Shown here piece by piece: positions 1-13,150 of a DNA stretch of 64,000 bases. A program made the translations under genes and the position numbers. Under the pieces are notes generated by a model. The model saw nothing but the letters and a program-made list of their open reading frames with translations. It did no database searches and was not told the DNA's origin. The DNA lies in NCBI GenBank assembly GCA_964016885.1, contig OZ024746.1, positions 16,182,001-16,246,000 of the forward strand. Reading direction: 5' to 3'. The stretch's first letter is position 1, and every line of letters starts with the position of its first letter. The DNA is from Eledone cirrhosa (lineage: Eukaryota).

Positions 1-165
1 AGTTGATTAAATCAACCCCTCACCCCCACACCCCCAGTATTTGACGGGTATTTTATTTTATCATCACTAAAGGATGAATGGCAAAGTTGATCTCGGCAGG
101 ATTTGAACTCATAATGTAAAGAGCTGGAATAAATAACACAATGGCATTTTATTCGATGCTCTACC
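1..165 (-). mobile_element. tRNA-derived SINE fragment (family with GCCTTTCATCC…GATAAAA…TACCAG, Meta-like domain)
   Basis: Matches the many copies at 395, 7550, 31263, 39022, 40042, 44042, 45556, 53930, 59735 and 63937. Confidence 0.7.
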
Positions 166-394
166 AATCCTTCAAATCAAAGATGTTTAGCAATTCTTGG
201 ATAAGTGAGCTTTACATAATATCAGATCCTGAAAGCTGTAATGGAACAGAAAATAGCTAGAAAATATCTATTGAACAAATGTAATGGTGTGGAGCTTTTA
301 TATGCACCCAAAATATTGATTATGTTACATGTATGTAGAATATATTGATTTCTAATTTAGACATAAAGCCAGAAAATTGTGTAGGGGGAAGAGC

Positions 395-560
395 AAAGTT
401 TAATAAATCAACCCCAGTATTTGACTGGTACTTGATTTTATTGACACCAGAAGGATAAAAGGCAAAGTTGACCTCGGTGGTATTTGAACACAGAATGAAA
501 AAAAACAGAAAAAATACCACAATGGTACTTTATTTGATGTTCTGCTGATTCTGTCAATCG
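395..560 (-). mobile_element. tRNA-derived SINE fragment (Meta-like family)
   Basis: ggcaaagttgacctcgg…atttgaac motif shared with other copies. Confidence 0.7.
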
Positions 561-679
561 ATCACTGTTGCTAGTTCCTATATCAACAGAAATATTATCT
601 TCTAGCCAGGCTCAGTTGCCATATTTACTCAGTGCCACTAATCCAAGTTCTAATAAAACAACAACCATTACTGTGTTGG

Positions 680-997
680 ATGTTGATCAGATCTGATAAT
701 AAGTGTTCCAGTTGTTTGATTAATGGAACAACCTGCTCAGGAAATTAACATGTAAGTGGCTGAGCATTCTCCAGACATGTGTACCTTTAACATATTTCTT
801 GGGGAAGATTCAGCATGAGACAGTATGTGGCAAGGCTGGCTCTTTAAATTACAGGTATAACTCATTTTTGCCAGTTGAGTGAACTGGAACATGAAATAAA
901 GTGTCTTACTCAAGAACACAACACACCACCAGGAATCAAACTCACAACTATAAGATTGTGATCCATGCACTCTAACCACTAAGCTACAGACTTCCAT
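680..997 (-). mobile_element. tRNA-derived SINE with CORE-like (cttgagcaagacactt) domain
   Basis: Reverse complement has an A-box-like ttagtggttagag, B-box gagtttgattcc and the cttgagtaagacactttatttca core; similar to 37243 and 37917. Confidence 0.7.
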
Positions 998-1174
998 ACA
1001 TTGTTATCAGATACATACATACTACATTATTATACTCTTACATTCTACACCTAACACTTCCTATAATATATCAGTTTTACAATATATTCTCTAAGCTTTG
1101 GTTTTATTCTTTTGTTTTTTCATGTAACTTTATTTCTCGTGGAACACCAACAAAGTAATAACTCTTATTTGCAG

Positions 1175-1333
1175 TTTGTACAAAAAACACCTACTTTAAT
1201 GCTGCCAAGAAGTCCTGTATGAGCTGCCCTAAACATTCTCGCATTGCTGAAGGATCAGCACATCTTTCAATTGATGAATGCATTTGTAATGCAGGTTTTG
1301 CAGGAAACCCTGGAAAAGACATCACTTGTGAAG
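1175..1333 (+). CDS. Internal coding exon, GCC2/GCC3 (ephrin-receptor-like) Cys-rich repeat of a large extracellular EGF-repeat protein
   Basis: Acceptor tttgcAG at 1173-74 and donor G|GTaaaa at 1334; 159 bp, phase 1-1, open. Translation xCTKNTYFNAAKKSCMSCPKHSRIAEGSAHLSIDECICNAGFAGNPGKDITCE fits the CxxxTY…CxxCP…S…CxCxxGF pattern. Confidence 0.88.
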
Positions 1334-1361
1334 GTAAAAAATTAACTGATAATTATCTGAA

Positions 1362-2160
1362 ATACACTGCTCACATTGAAGTAGACAGTCTGTCATTGCT
1401 CCTCCCCTTCCAACCATGAGATATACTGCTCACATTGAAGTAGACAGTCTGTCATTGCTCCTCCCCCTCCAATCATGAGATATACTGCTCACATTGAAGT
1501 AGACAGTCTGTCATTGCTCCTCCCCCTCCAGCCATGAGATATACTGCTCACATTGAAGTAGACAGTCTGTCATTGCTCCTCCCCCTCCAATCATGAGATA
1601 TACTGCTCACATTGAAGTAGACAGTCTGTCATTGCTCCTCCCCTCCAGCCATGAGATATACTGCTCACATTGAAGTAGACAGTCTGTCATTGCTCCTCCC
1701 CCTCCAGCCATGAGATATACTGCTCACATTGAAGTGGACAGTCTGTCATTGCTCCTCCCCTCCAACCATGAGATATACTGCTCACATTGAAGTGGACAGT
1801 CTGTCATTGCTCCTCCCCTCCAGCCATGAGATATACTGCTCACATTGAAGTAGACAGTCTGTCATTGCTCCTCCCCCTCCAACCATGAGATATACTGCTC
1901 ACATTGAAGTAGACAGTCTGTCATTGCTCCTCCCCTCCAGCCATGAGATATACTGCTCACATTGAAGTAGACAGTCTGTCATTGCTCCTCCCCCTCCAGC
2001 CATGAGATATACTGCTCAGACTGAAGCGTACAGTCTGTCATTGCTTCTCCCCCTCCAGCCATGAGATATATTGCTCACATTGAAGTGGACAGTCTGTCAT
2101 TGCTCCTCCCCTCCAGCCATGAGATATACTGCTCAGACTGAAGTGTACAATCTATCATCG
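1362..2160. repeat. Minisatellite, 58-59 bp unit, ~13 copies
   Basis: Tandem atatactgctcacattgaagtagacagtctgtcattgctcctccccctccagccatgag. Confidence 0.97.
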
Positions 2161-2663
2161 CTCCCTTTTTTCAATGCTTACTTTCATTTTTCTTCTTTGT
2201 TTTCTATTCCTTCTCTTTCTTATTCCTTTCTTTATTGCTGTTTATATTGCAGTTTTCATCACATTTTTTCTTTAGTTTAACAAAGTTTCTGAATCCCTCG
2301 TAATTTCAGATTAAAACAACCCAAATAATTATATTTTGTACACTATCTTTATCCAGTGATGTCTTTTGATGTAAAATTGTATTTTCAACACTTTCTTTAT
2401 CCAGTGTTAGTGGAATTACAAACAAGTCTTCATCACTGATAAACTGAGCTATGATTAAAGACACATTCTTGCCATGACCATCCTGTTTTTTTTTAGGTAT
2501 ACTGCACCCTGACTTACATTGTGTCCTCCCTTATTTAAGATGATAGGATATAATTTGAGGGAAATTTGGCTGCATTTTCTACAAGATCGAGTCATCATGT
2601 AGTGGTTCAGTTGACTTGCTTAAGTGAAATGAATTGATAACATTGTCTCTGTGGGTATACATA

Positions 2664-5319
2664 TCCACCACACCCAATACATTAGATGATATCCACCACA
2701 CCCAATACATTAGATGATATCCACCACACCCAATACATTAGATGATATCCTCTACATTCAATACATTAGATGATATCCACCACACTCAATACATGAGATG
2801 ATATCCTCTACACTCAATACATTAGATGATATCCTCTACAGTCAATACATGAGATGATATCCTCTACACTCAATACATGAGATGATATCCTCTACAGTCA
2901 ATACATGAGATGATATCCTCTACACTCAATACATTAGATGATATCCTCTACACTCAATACATGAGATGATATCCTCTACAGTCAATACATGAGATGATAT
3001 CCTCTACACTCAATACATGAGATGATATCCTCTACAGTCAATACATGAGATGATATCCTCTACACTCAATACATTAGATGATATCCTCTACACTCAATAC
3101 ATGAGATGATATCCACCACACTCAATACATGAGATGATATCCTCTACACTCAATACATGAGATGATATCCTCTACACTCAATACATGAGATGATATCCTC
3201 TACACTCAATACATGAGATGATATCCTCTACACTCAATACATGAGATGATATCCTCTACACTCAATACATGAGATGATATCCTCTACACTCAATACATGA
3301 GATGATATCCTCTACACTCAATACATGAGATGATATCCTCTACACTCAATACATGAGATGATATCCTCTACACTCAATACATGAGATGATATCCTCTACA
3401 CTCAATACATGAGATGATATCCTCTACACTCAATACATGAGATGATATCCTCTACACTCAATACATGAGATGATATCCTCTACACTCAATACATGAGATG
3501 ATATCCTCTACACTCAATACATGAGATGATATCCTCTACACTCAATACATGAGATGATATCCTCTACAGTCAATACATGAGATGATATCCTCTACACTCA
3601 ATACATGAGATGATATCCTCTACACTCAATACATGAGATGATATCCTCTACACTCAATACATGAGATGATATCCTCTACACTCAATACATGAGATGATAT
3701 CCTCTACACTCAATACATGAGATGATATCCTCTACAGTCAATACATGAGATGATATCCTCTACACTCAATACATGAGATGATATCCTCTACACTCAATAC
3801 ATGAGATGATATCCTCTACACTCAATACATGAGATGATATCCTCTACACTCAATACATGAGATGATATCCTCTACACTCAATACATGAGATGATATCCTC
3901 TACAGTCAATACATGAGATGATATCCTCTACACTCAATACATGAGATGATATCCTCTACAGTCAATACATGAGATGATATCCACCACACTCAATACATTA
4001 GATGATATCCTCTACACTCAATACATGAGATGATATCCTCTACACTCAATACATGAGATGATATCCTCTACAGTCAATACATGAGATGATATCCTCTACA
4101 GTCAATACATGAGATGATATCCACCACACTCAATACATTAGATGATATCCTCTACACTCAATACATGAGATGATATCCTCTACACTCAATACATGAGATG
4201 ATATCCTCTACAGTCAATACATGAGATGATATCCACCACACTCAATACATGAGATGATATCCTCTACAGTCAATACATGAGATGATATCCTCTACAGTCA
4301 ATACATGAGATGATATCCTCTACAGTCAATACATGAGATGATATCCTCTACAGTCAATACATGAGATGATATCCTCTACAGTCAATACATTAGATGATAT
4401 CCACCACACTCAATACATGAGATGATATCCTCTACAGTCAATACATGAGATGATATCCTCTACAGTCAATACATGAGATGATATCCTCTACAGTCAATAC
4501 ATGAGATGATATCCACCACACTCAATACATTAGATGATATCCACCACACTCAATACATTAGATGATATCCTCTATACTCAATACATGAGATGATATCCTC
4601 TACAGTCAATACATGAGATGATATCCACCACACTCAATACATTAGATGATATCCTCTACACTCAATACATGAGATGATATCCTCTACACTCAATACATGA
4701 GATGATATCTTCTACACTCAATACATGAGATGATATCCACCACACTCAATACATTAGATGATATCCTCTACACTCAATACATGAGATGATATCCTCTACA
4801 CTCAATACATGAGATGATATCCTCTACACTCAATACATGAGATGATATCCACCACACTCAATACATTAGATGATATCCTCTACACTCAATACATTAGATG
4901 ATATCCTCTACACTCAATACATGAGATGATATCCTCTACACTCAATACATGAGATGATATCCTCTACACTCAATACATTAGATGATATCGTCTACACTCA
5001 ATACATGAGATGGTATCCTCTACACTCAATACATGAGATGATATCCTCTACACTCAATACATGAGATGATATCCTCTACACTCAATACATAAGATGATAT
5101 CCTCTACACTCAATACATGAGATGATATCCTCTACAGTCAATACATGAGATGATATCCTCTACAGTCAATACATTAGATGATATCCTCTACACTCAATAC
5201 ATTAGATGATATCCTCTACACTCAATACATTAGATGATATCCTCTACACTCAATACATTAGATGATATCCTCTACACTCAATACATTAGATGATATCCTC
5301 TACAGTCAATACATTAGAT
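2664..5319. repeat. Minisatellite, 28 bp unit, ~95 copies
   Basis: Tandem gatgatatcctctacactcaatacatga. Confidence 0.98.
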
Positions 5320-5633
5320 CAGGCATGTCAAACTGAGGATCCGCCAAGGTCCACATGAGTCATATATGTGTTGTCTGAGGGCCATACGACAACTAATTGT
5401 GCACGTTACAACTAATTAAAGTCGTTTAATAACATTTATTGCAGAAAAATGTGTTAATTAAATTTAGTACATACAAATGTTTAAGCATGAATACAAATGA
5501 ATGAAATGGTTTGACAAAAAACTAAAATTTTAAGTGACAACACATACTTGCAGCTTGCAACAGCAACAAATACATTGTACAAAAATTACAACAGTTCAAA
5601 ACTGAACATTTATTTGCTACTATTCAACCATTT

Positions 5634-7410
5634 TTAGTGTTTTGTCCTGAGGCCTGACACCTCTTTTTTGTTGACAATTTTTTGTATGTCTGGCTGAAAT
5701 GTCTGTACAGTACTGACTTTGATCAGAGATGCTAAGTATTGATCAGTCAACCTTGTTCTCTGAGAAATTTTCGTTAATTTCATGAAGGAAAATAACTGTT
5801 CACACACATAGGTAGAACCAAACATTGCCATAATCTTTGTGGCAAACTTTCTAAAGTTTTTTTAATTTTTCAAGAAGGTATGAAAAGAAACTAGGTCTCC
5901 CCACTTCAAGATACTTTGCTCTGAGTGTAGAATCCGATTGCATTTCCTAAGTTCCATCTGCCTTGGCAACATCAAAGGTGAATGGTGCTGAGAATAATGC
6001 AAACTGATGTTCAAAAGATGAGAAATCACAAAATCTTTCCTGAAATTCTTTTGACAACAATTCAGGGTGACTGTCATACTTAGCAAAGCTAAGTACACAA
6101 TCAGTATTGTCAGTGTTTTTCAGTTCTTTGCACGTAGGAAAATGAACTAAATTTTCATTTGACAACTGTGACTTCCATAAGCTTAGTTTTCTAACAAAGC
6201 ACTTGATGTGATCATACAACTGAGTGATAAGTTTGTTTTTATCTTGTAATTTTAAATTAAGATCAGTTAATTGTGCAGTATTATCCACAGCAAAAGCCAG
6301 ATCTTGGAGCCAACTTTTATCTTTTATTTCATCTGTGTTTTGACCATTGATCTCCAAAAACGTAATTATTTCTTGTCTCAACAAATAGAATCTTTTCAGC
6401 ACTTTGTGACATGACAACCAGCAGACTCTGTGTAGAATGGAACATCGGTGAACTGATTATCCATATCTTCCAACAACTGGCTGAACTGATGGTAATTGAG
6501 AGCACGGCCTCTGATATAGTTCACTGTCTTTGTGACCAAGCTAAGCACATGATGCAATTTTAAAATGTTTGAACACAAATTTTGCTGATGAATAATACAA
6601 TGAAAATGTGCAAATGATGAATCTGGATGCAAGTTTTCTATTTTTGTTTGTAACTTGGCATATTCACAGCACCGTCAGTAAATAAGTTTACTCAAATCAA
6701 AACCATAGTCATGCAGAACCTTCTCAAAGATGTTCTGACTTGTTATAATTTCATGCATGGGGACCAGTTCAATTAGTTCTTCATAAATATTAAATTCACT
6801 GTCACAGCCCCTGATGAAGAATGCTAGCTGTACTATTCCAGTGATGTCAACGGTCTCATCAATAGCAATAGCAAAATGTTCAAACCTTGATGATACGGCC
6901 TTCAGCTGTTGTTTCAGATCACCCGACATTTCATCAATCCATTCAGCAACAATGTTCCTGGTTAATGAAATATCTTTGAATAACTGTGCTTTCTCTGGAC
7001 ATACAATTTCAGCTTGTTTTTACAAGGCATTGCTTTACAAAATCTCCTTCACTGTAAGATTTCCTACTCATGGCAATCATTTGGCTGAGTTCATAGCTTG
7101 CAGTAACGGAAGCGACATTCTCTTCCTGAATTTACATAAAACAGGTTTGTTGCTGTGTCAAGTTAGCCTTCAATTCCTCGAGTCTTGAAACACGCATTGG
7201 GCCTTCATATTTATCGTAAGATCGATGGTTCATTTCATACGGTCTTTTTAAATTGTACTCTTTTGGTGTCGCGATGCAGTTGTTGCAAATTAAACAGTGT
7301 ATCTTTCCATTCACCATTGTGCAAAAATACTGTAATTCTCACTTTTCTTGAAACATTCGCCCTTCTTTGTTCAATTTCCTTTTTCTCTTAGCTGGAGGAG
7401 CACTAGCCAT
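5634..7410 (-). pseudogene. Decayed hAT transposase, GTF2IRD2/SPIN-like
   Basis: Frameshifted pieces: MASAPPAKRKRK…, CLIC…KEYNLKRxY (BED-like finger), AIDETVDIT…QL, HCIIHQQNLC, WLQDLAFAVD…LNLKLQ, MFGSTYVCEQLFSFMK (hAT dimerisation region). Stops and frameshifts present. Confidence 0.92.
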
Positions 7411-7549
7411 TTTAAAAGAAAAACTTCGAAATTTTGAAAGAAAGTTTTCTGTTTACAACTGTTAATGAGCTGCATGTGATTCGACAGAAGTTAAAAGTAA
7501 TTGATAAAAATCGCACAAATAAACACCTTAAACTACCTTAAGTAGGAGC

Positions 7550-7686
7550 AATAACTGTTTCTACTTTAGGTACAAGGCCAGCAATTACCCAGTGCATTAC
7601 TGGTACTTTATTTTATCGACCCCGTAAGGATGAAAGGCAAAGTCAACCTCGGCGGGATTTGAACTCAGATCGTAAAGGGGCGTAAA
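7550..7686 (-). mobile_element. Truncated Meta-like SINE nested in the hAT element
   Basis: SINE consensus, flanked by a direct repeat aagtaggagcaataac on both sides (TSD-like). Confidence 0.8.
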
Positions 7687-7704
7687 GTAGGAGCAATAAC
7701 ATTA

Positions 7705-8100
7705 AGAAAGACATGAATGACACCACATAATTTTGTATTAAAAATTTTGAAAGTAGGTTTATAAGTATGAATTTTCAGAAGATTTTTGTAGTTGTTTCAG
7801 TGGGCTAGTAGTAGGTACCAGAGACATTGGAGATCCTGGTCTTGGGTTCAATCCTAGTCAAGAGATACAGGTAATCTTTTTCAGTTTTTATCTTACATCC
7901 CATAGAAAAAAGCTGAAAAGGTTTACCAGGAACCCTACTCCCAATCAGGATCGAACTTCAGACCAGGATCACCACCGTCTATGATTCCTCGAATTCGGCC
8001 ACCGAGACAACTACAAAATTGTAATGAAAATTAATAATTATAAACCTACTTTCAAAATCAAAGTTTAAAAGATGCAGTGTCACCCATGGCTTTCCTAGAT
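7705..8100. mobile_element. Fold-back MITE-like element (~400 bp, inverted arms)
   Basis: ttttgaaagtaggtttata…ttttgtagttgt mirrors acaactacaaaa…tataaacctactttcaaaa; atcctggtc mirrors gaccaggat. Confidence 0.6.
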
Positions 8101-8106
8101 TATTTT

Positions 8107-8763
8107 AACAAAGCATAAACGAACTAAGGAAAAAATTAGAAATAAGAGGGATCAGATGTTGTTTACTCAAGAGAAGGCTACGTTGGTACGGACACGTGAT
8201 GCGCATGAAAGTCGATAGCTGTATAACAAAGTGCAGGGCAATAAAGATAGACGGTAGCCACGGAATAGGCAGACCTAGAAAATCCTGGGACGAGCTGATA
8301 AACTCTGACCTCACACAATTACACCTCTCCAAGACAATGTCACTGGACCGAGACCTTTGGTGGTACTCAGTAATAGAAAAGACCCGCCTTACCTAAATAC
8401 ATAGTAAAACCTACTACAGCCAGTAGGCATCTCTAACAAAATCCACCACCCACACCCCATCCACACCACCCCCTCATATGTAAAGTTATGTTGGTACCAC
8501 AACATCCAGTCCGAAACAAATGAGATCGTGTAGGTGTCACGAGAAAAAAACACACAGTCCACGCTGTAATGTGGCCGTGTAGGTAACACGGTAAAAACCT
8601 CCCAGTCCCACACTGTAAATGTGGTTGGTGTTAGGAAGGGCATCCAACTGTAGAAAACCTGCCAGACAGTCCTATGCGAGCAAGACAATCACTCTTGCCT
8701 CAAGTGGGAATACCCCCGTCCAAACCCATGCAAGCGTGGAACACGGACGTTAAACGTTGATGA

Positions 8764-8765
<2 letters not shown>
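8107..8765 (+). mobile_element. RTE-clade LINE 3' fragment with 3' UTR and (ATG)n tail
   Basis: RRLRWYGHVMRM…GRPRKSWDELI…DRDLW, followed by the ggtgttaggaagggcatcc UTR and a tgatgat tail. Confidence 0.85.
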
Positions 8766-8847
<82 letters not shown>

Positions 8848-9147
8848 AGAACGGATCCATCTGTTGAAACGTCCAGAGCTCAGCCGTCAGGGTCCTGTCT
8901 CTTTTCCTATTACCCACTCTACTAGCCTAGTACTCTGGCGTTTTTTGGTTGTCCTGGTATCTTAACACACTTTCTTTGTTATATACATATATATAATGCC
9001 AATCATTGTAAGTTTGAATCTAACTGATATGCAAAACCTAATATATATGAATAAGGTAAGCCCAAATCATAGTAGATTCAAATATCACAGAGAGAGAGAT
9101 AGAAGGCAGGGGGAGAAATGAGGTGCGACAGAAATGAAACATGGATT

Positions 9148-9770
9148 CATCATCATCATCATCATCACCGTTTTACGTCCGTTCTTCCATGCTAGCATGG
9201 GTTAGACGGGTTGTCCTGTTGTGAGCAGTGTCTGGTCGGCTGACCATGCCTTGCTCATACAGGAACTGATTTGGCTTTATTTCTACAGCTGGATGCCCTT
9301 CCTAACACCAACCTCATTTACAGTGTGGGCTGGGTGCTTTTTCGTGGCGCCTACATGTCCACTTTACAGTGTGGGCTGGGTGCTTTTTTGCCGTGGCACC
9401 TCCACGACCACCTTGCGGTGGGGTGTGTGGGGGCATATTGTTTATATGCTTCAGCTTGTACCCATGGGAGGTCGGGTACTCTGTATTACTGTGTGACACC
9501 AGAGGTCACGGTCGTATGTCATCGCCTTTGAGAGGTGTAATTGGGTAAGGTCGGCTTTTATCACCTCATCCCAGGTCATCTTGGGTCTCCCCACTCTGCG
9601 GTTTCCATCGACTTCTAGTGCTCTGCACCTTTTTATGCAGCTGTCATCCTTCATATGCATCACATGTCCATACCAACGCAATCGCCTCTCCTTCCTGCAC
9701 ACAGCATTTGATTCCTCTTATGCTCAGTCTCGCTCTCAATTCATTTATGCTTTGTCGTTCACGTATACAG
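9148..9770 (-). mobile_element. RTE-clade LINE 3' fragment
   Basis: ERRLRWYGHVMHMKDDSCIKRC…GRPKMTWDEVIKADL with the same UTR and (ATG)n tail. Confidence 0.85.
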
Positions 9771-9790
9771 GTTAAAATATAGCTATAGAC

Positions 9791-10095
9791 CAGGCGTGTC
9801 AAACTGAGGGTCCCCCGAGGGCCACACAGGTCACATGTGTTGCTTGAGGGCCACACATAACAACTAATTGTACACATAACAACTAATTGTACACATAACA
9901 ACTAATTGTACACATAACAACTAATTGTACACATAACAACTAATTGTACACATTACAACTAATTGTACACATTACAACTAATCTTTTTTATTTTATATTA
10001 TGAAGATAAAACATGTTCACGCTGTAAAAACTTTTATGCAGGCCGTAGGTGTTCTTGCAAAGGGCCGCATGTGGGCCACATGTTTGACATGCCTG
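9791..10095. mobile_element. MITE-sized unit of the same hAT family (second copy of the left end plus the right TIR)
   Basis: caggcgtgtcaaactgagg at 9791 resembles the 5320 end; internal 19-bp tandem caactaattgtacacataa. Confidence 0.75.
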
Positions 10096-10414
10096 TATTA
10101 GATGATATCCTTTACACTTAATACACTCGTATATTTTTATTTCTAGAAATTTCACTTATTTCATATTTCAGCCACAAGAAAGTGAGAAAGTCAGTAAAAA
10201 TACCAATAATGATTTCAGCAGACAATAGCAACAACAACAACACACATAAATGAAATATCAAAGTATAAAACATAAGACATTCCATGCTTTCTTCTTCTAT
10301 TTCAAGTCTTTTGTCTCCTCCTCCTCTTTATTTTTTATTTTTCTTCTCTTTCTTTCTTCAACTCTTTCCATTGTCATTGCTTCTTCTTTTTCTCTTTTTC
10401 ACATTCGGTTACTT

Positions 10415-10658
10415 TGACACACACTTACACACACACACTGACACATACTGACACACACACACACTGACACACACACACACTTCCACACACACACACTGAC
10501 ACACACTGACACACACTGACACACTTCCACACACTTACATACACACACTTCCACACACACTGACACACACTGACACACACACACTGACACATACTTCCAC
10601 ACACACACACTGGCACACACACACACACACACACACACACTTCCACACACACATACTT

Positions 10659-10692
<34 letters not shown>

Positions 10693-11090
10693 CCACACAC
10701 ACATACTTCCACACACACACACATACTGATGCACACACACTTCCACACACTGACACACACACACTGACACACACTGACACACACTTCCACACACACACTT
10801 CCACACACATACATACTGACACACACACACTGACATACACACACTGACACACACACACTAACACACACACACACGCACACGCATGCATGCACTGACACAC
10901 CCACACTGACACATGCACAGACAAGTATGCATGCACATGTGCGCACTCACACGTGCACACATGAGCATGTACATGTACACTCACACACACAAGTGCACTT
11001 ATATTCAGACACACACACACGCACATACATAGACATGCACTCACACACACACACATCCATGCCCACATATACACCCACACCTTCTCATCT
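10415..11090. repeat. Compound (CA)n microsatellite
   Basis: CA runs with ctga/cttc interruptions. Confidence 0.95.
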
Positions 11091-12249
11091 CCAGCCAGAT
11101 CCTTCAACTCTCACAAACATACCACAATATTTCTCGCTCTTTGATTCCCCTCCTTCTCCCCTCCACCCACCACTTCACTCCTTTCCTCTCATTTCGCCTG
11201 CAGTCTCTTCCTCACCCTCTTCCTCACCTCTTCTATATCTTTTCTGTCTCCTTTTCATCTTTTATCTCACTCTCTCTCTCTCTCTCTCTCTCTCACTTCC
11301 TGTCTTCTTTCCTTCTCCCTTCTATCTTCTTCCCTTTTCCCTCTCTCCATCTATTCCTCACCCCGCTCCCCACCCACCATTTTTTTTCCTTCTGTTTTGG
11401 AAACACTTATTACTTTAGCAGCTTCTTCTGACTTTTCTCACCAGAACCTCTGTATGGTTCACACACCAAGAATTGAAAGTATGTTTTAAGGACAGCCTCT
11501 ATCTGTTGTTAAACAACAGGAGGAAGATTTTGTCATAAATTCCTTCTTATAATTAGTTAGGGTTGTGAATTCACCAGACGGTGCTTCCACTAGAGAAGAA
11601 AAGAAAAATGATAAAAAGGAAAAAGAAAAAAAAAAGAAGAAAAAAAAGAAAGGACGAAAAATGGAAGAAGAATAAAAATAAAAATCAATATAGCTAGGCG
11701 TTGAACGTCTAGCACTTTGAAAGATCTTCTTGGATGACTTCCAAACCAATAGGATGCAAAAATCTTTGATTTAGATGCCATTGAAGATTTTCAAAAGCCT
11801 GCACTGCTATAATTTTCATAAATGTCCACTTGCTGCTCTGGATCAATGGGTCGTACTGTTTTTATGAAGCAGCATCTCAAAGCAAAAAATAGATTTCTCT
11901 GGATATCAATAGCTGATACAAGAATTATATCCATTCTATATTAAGATTTCTTCACTTTTCTACCTTCATCTTTCATCTTTTTTATTTATTTATTTATTTA
12001 TTTATTATTCAGCAAGATGAAGGTATTAGTGCAGAAATGTGTTAGATTTTATTTATTATATTTTTTTTGTTTTTATTTCATTGTATGTTTTATTTATTTG
12101 CTATATATGTTGTATGTATTTTGTTGTGTGTATGTTGTATATATTTTGTTGTTTATATGTTTTGTTGTATGTTTTGTTTGTGTTTGGAGCATCACATTTG
12201 GTATTTTATATATCTGTTTATTGATATATTGTCATTGGAATATGTTAAC

Positions 12250-12770
12250 AGTGATAGAGATGGTGAGAGGGACAGTGAGAGATGGTGAGAGAGACAGTGA
12301 GAGATGGTGAGAGAGACAGTGAGAGATGGTGAGAGAGACAATGAGAGATGGTGAGAGGGATGAGAAAGACAACAATATAGGCAGCAAGAGAGACAAGGAA
12401 AGAAACGGAGAGAGAGAGAGAACAAGATAGGCAACAAGAGAGACAGTGAGAGAGATAACGAGAGGGAGAAGATATCCAATGAGAGAGACAGGGAGAGAGA
12501 CAATAAGAGAGACAGGGAGAAAGATAACAAGAGAGACAGTAAGAGACGAGAGAGGGACAGGGAGAGAGAGACCGGGAGAGAGACAGTAAGAGAGACACAG
12601 GGACAGGGAGAGAGAGAGACAAGGAGAGAGACAGTAAGAGAGAGACAGGGAAAGAGACTATGAGAGGGACAGTAAGAGAGAGACAGGGAGAGAGAGAGAG
12701 ACAAGGTGAGAGGAACAGTAAGAGAGATAGTAAGAGAGAGGGAGTGATAGAGACAGCCAGAGAGAGAGAC
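12250..12770. repeat. GA-rich low-complexity tandem repeat
   Basis: gagagacagtgagagatggt-type units. Confidence 0.9.
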
Positions 12771-13150
12771 AATGGTTGATGGATGAGTGAAGTGATGAAA
12801 TAAAGTGCTGCAAGAGAATAATTGTCAGGAAAGCAGTAAATCTCTAATGGCATATTTGTGGAAGGTTTGGGTTTTTATTGTGTTTTTTGTTGTTTTTCTT
12901 TAGAGAAATGAAAGATGGCACCAATGAAATGGTTGAAGATGATTAACGATGATTAATAGATATGGTAATTACATGAAGTGAGAGGATTTAGCTGGCTATT
13001 GAATATATTAATTGGAGCAGTGTTGTGAAATATGTTAGAGGTATCATAGGGAATACATAAGGAACAAATTAGTAGAATTAGTTGAACCTATTCCTCATAC
13101 TTTCAGACTAATATATTCTATATCATATCTCACAACTGCTGTAGCTGTGG

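Larger units (their letters stand above)
5320..10095 (-). mobile_element. hAT DNA transposon (Charlie/Buster/SPIN-like) with nested insertions
   Basis: TIRs caggcatgtcaaac (5320) and gtttgacatgcctg (ends 10095); 8-bp TSD cattagat/tattagat with central TA; decayed transposase inside. Confidence 0.85.

Noticed and set aside
2664-5319. CRISPR-like regular 28-bp repeats
   Set aside because: Units abut with no unique spacers, there are no cas genes, and the context is eukaryotic.
11690-11935. Possible REL-endonuclease retrotransposon relic on the minus strand (…RCCF…KQYDPLIQ…)
   Set aside because: Similarity is spread over several frames and too weak to call by eye.
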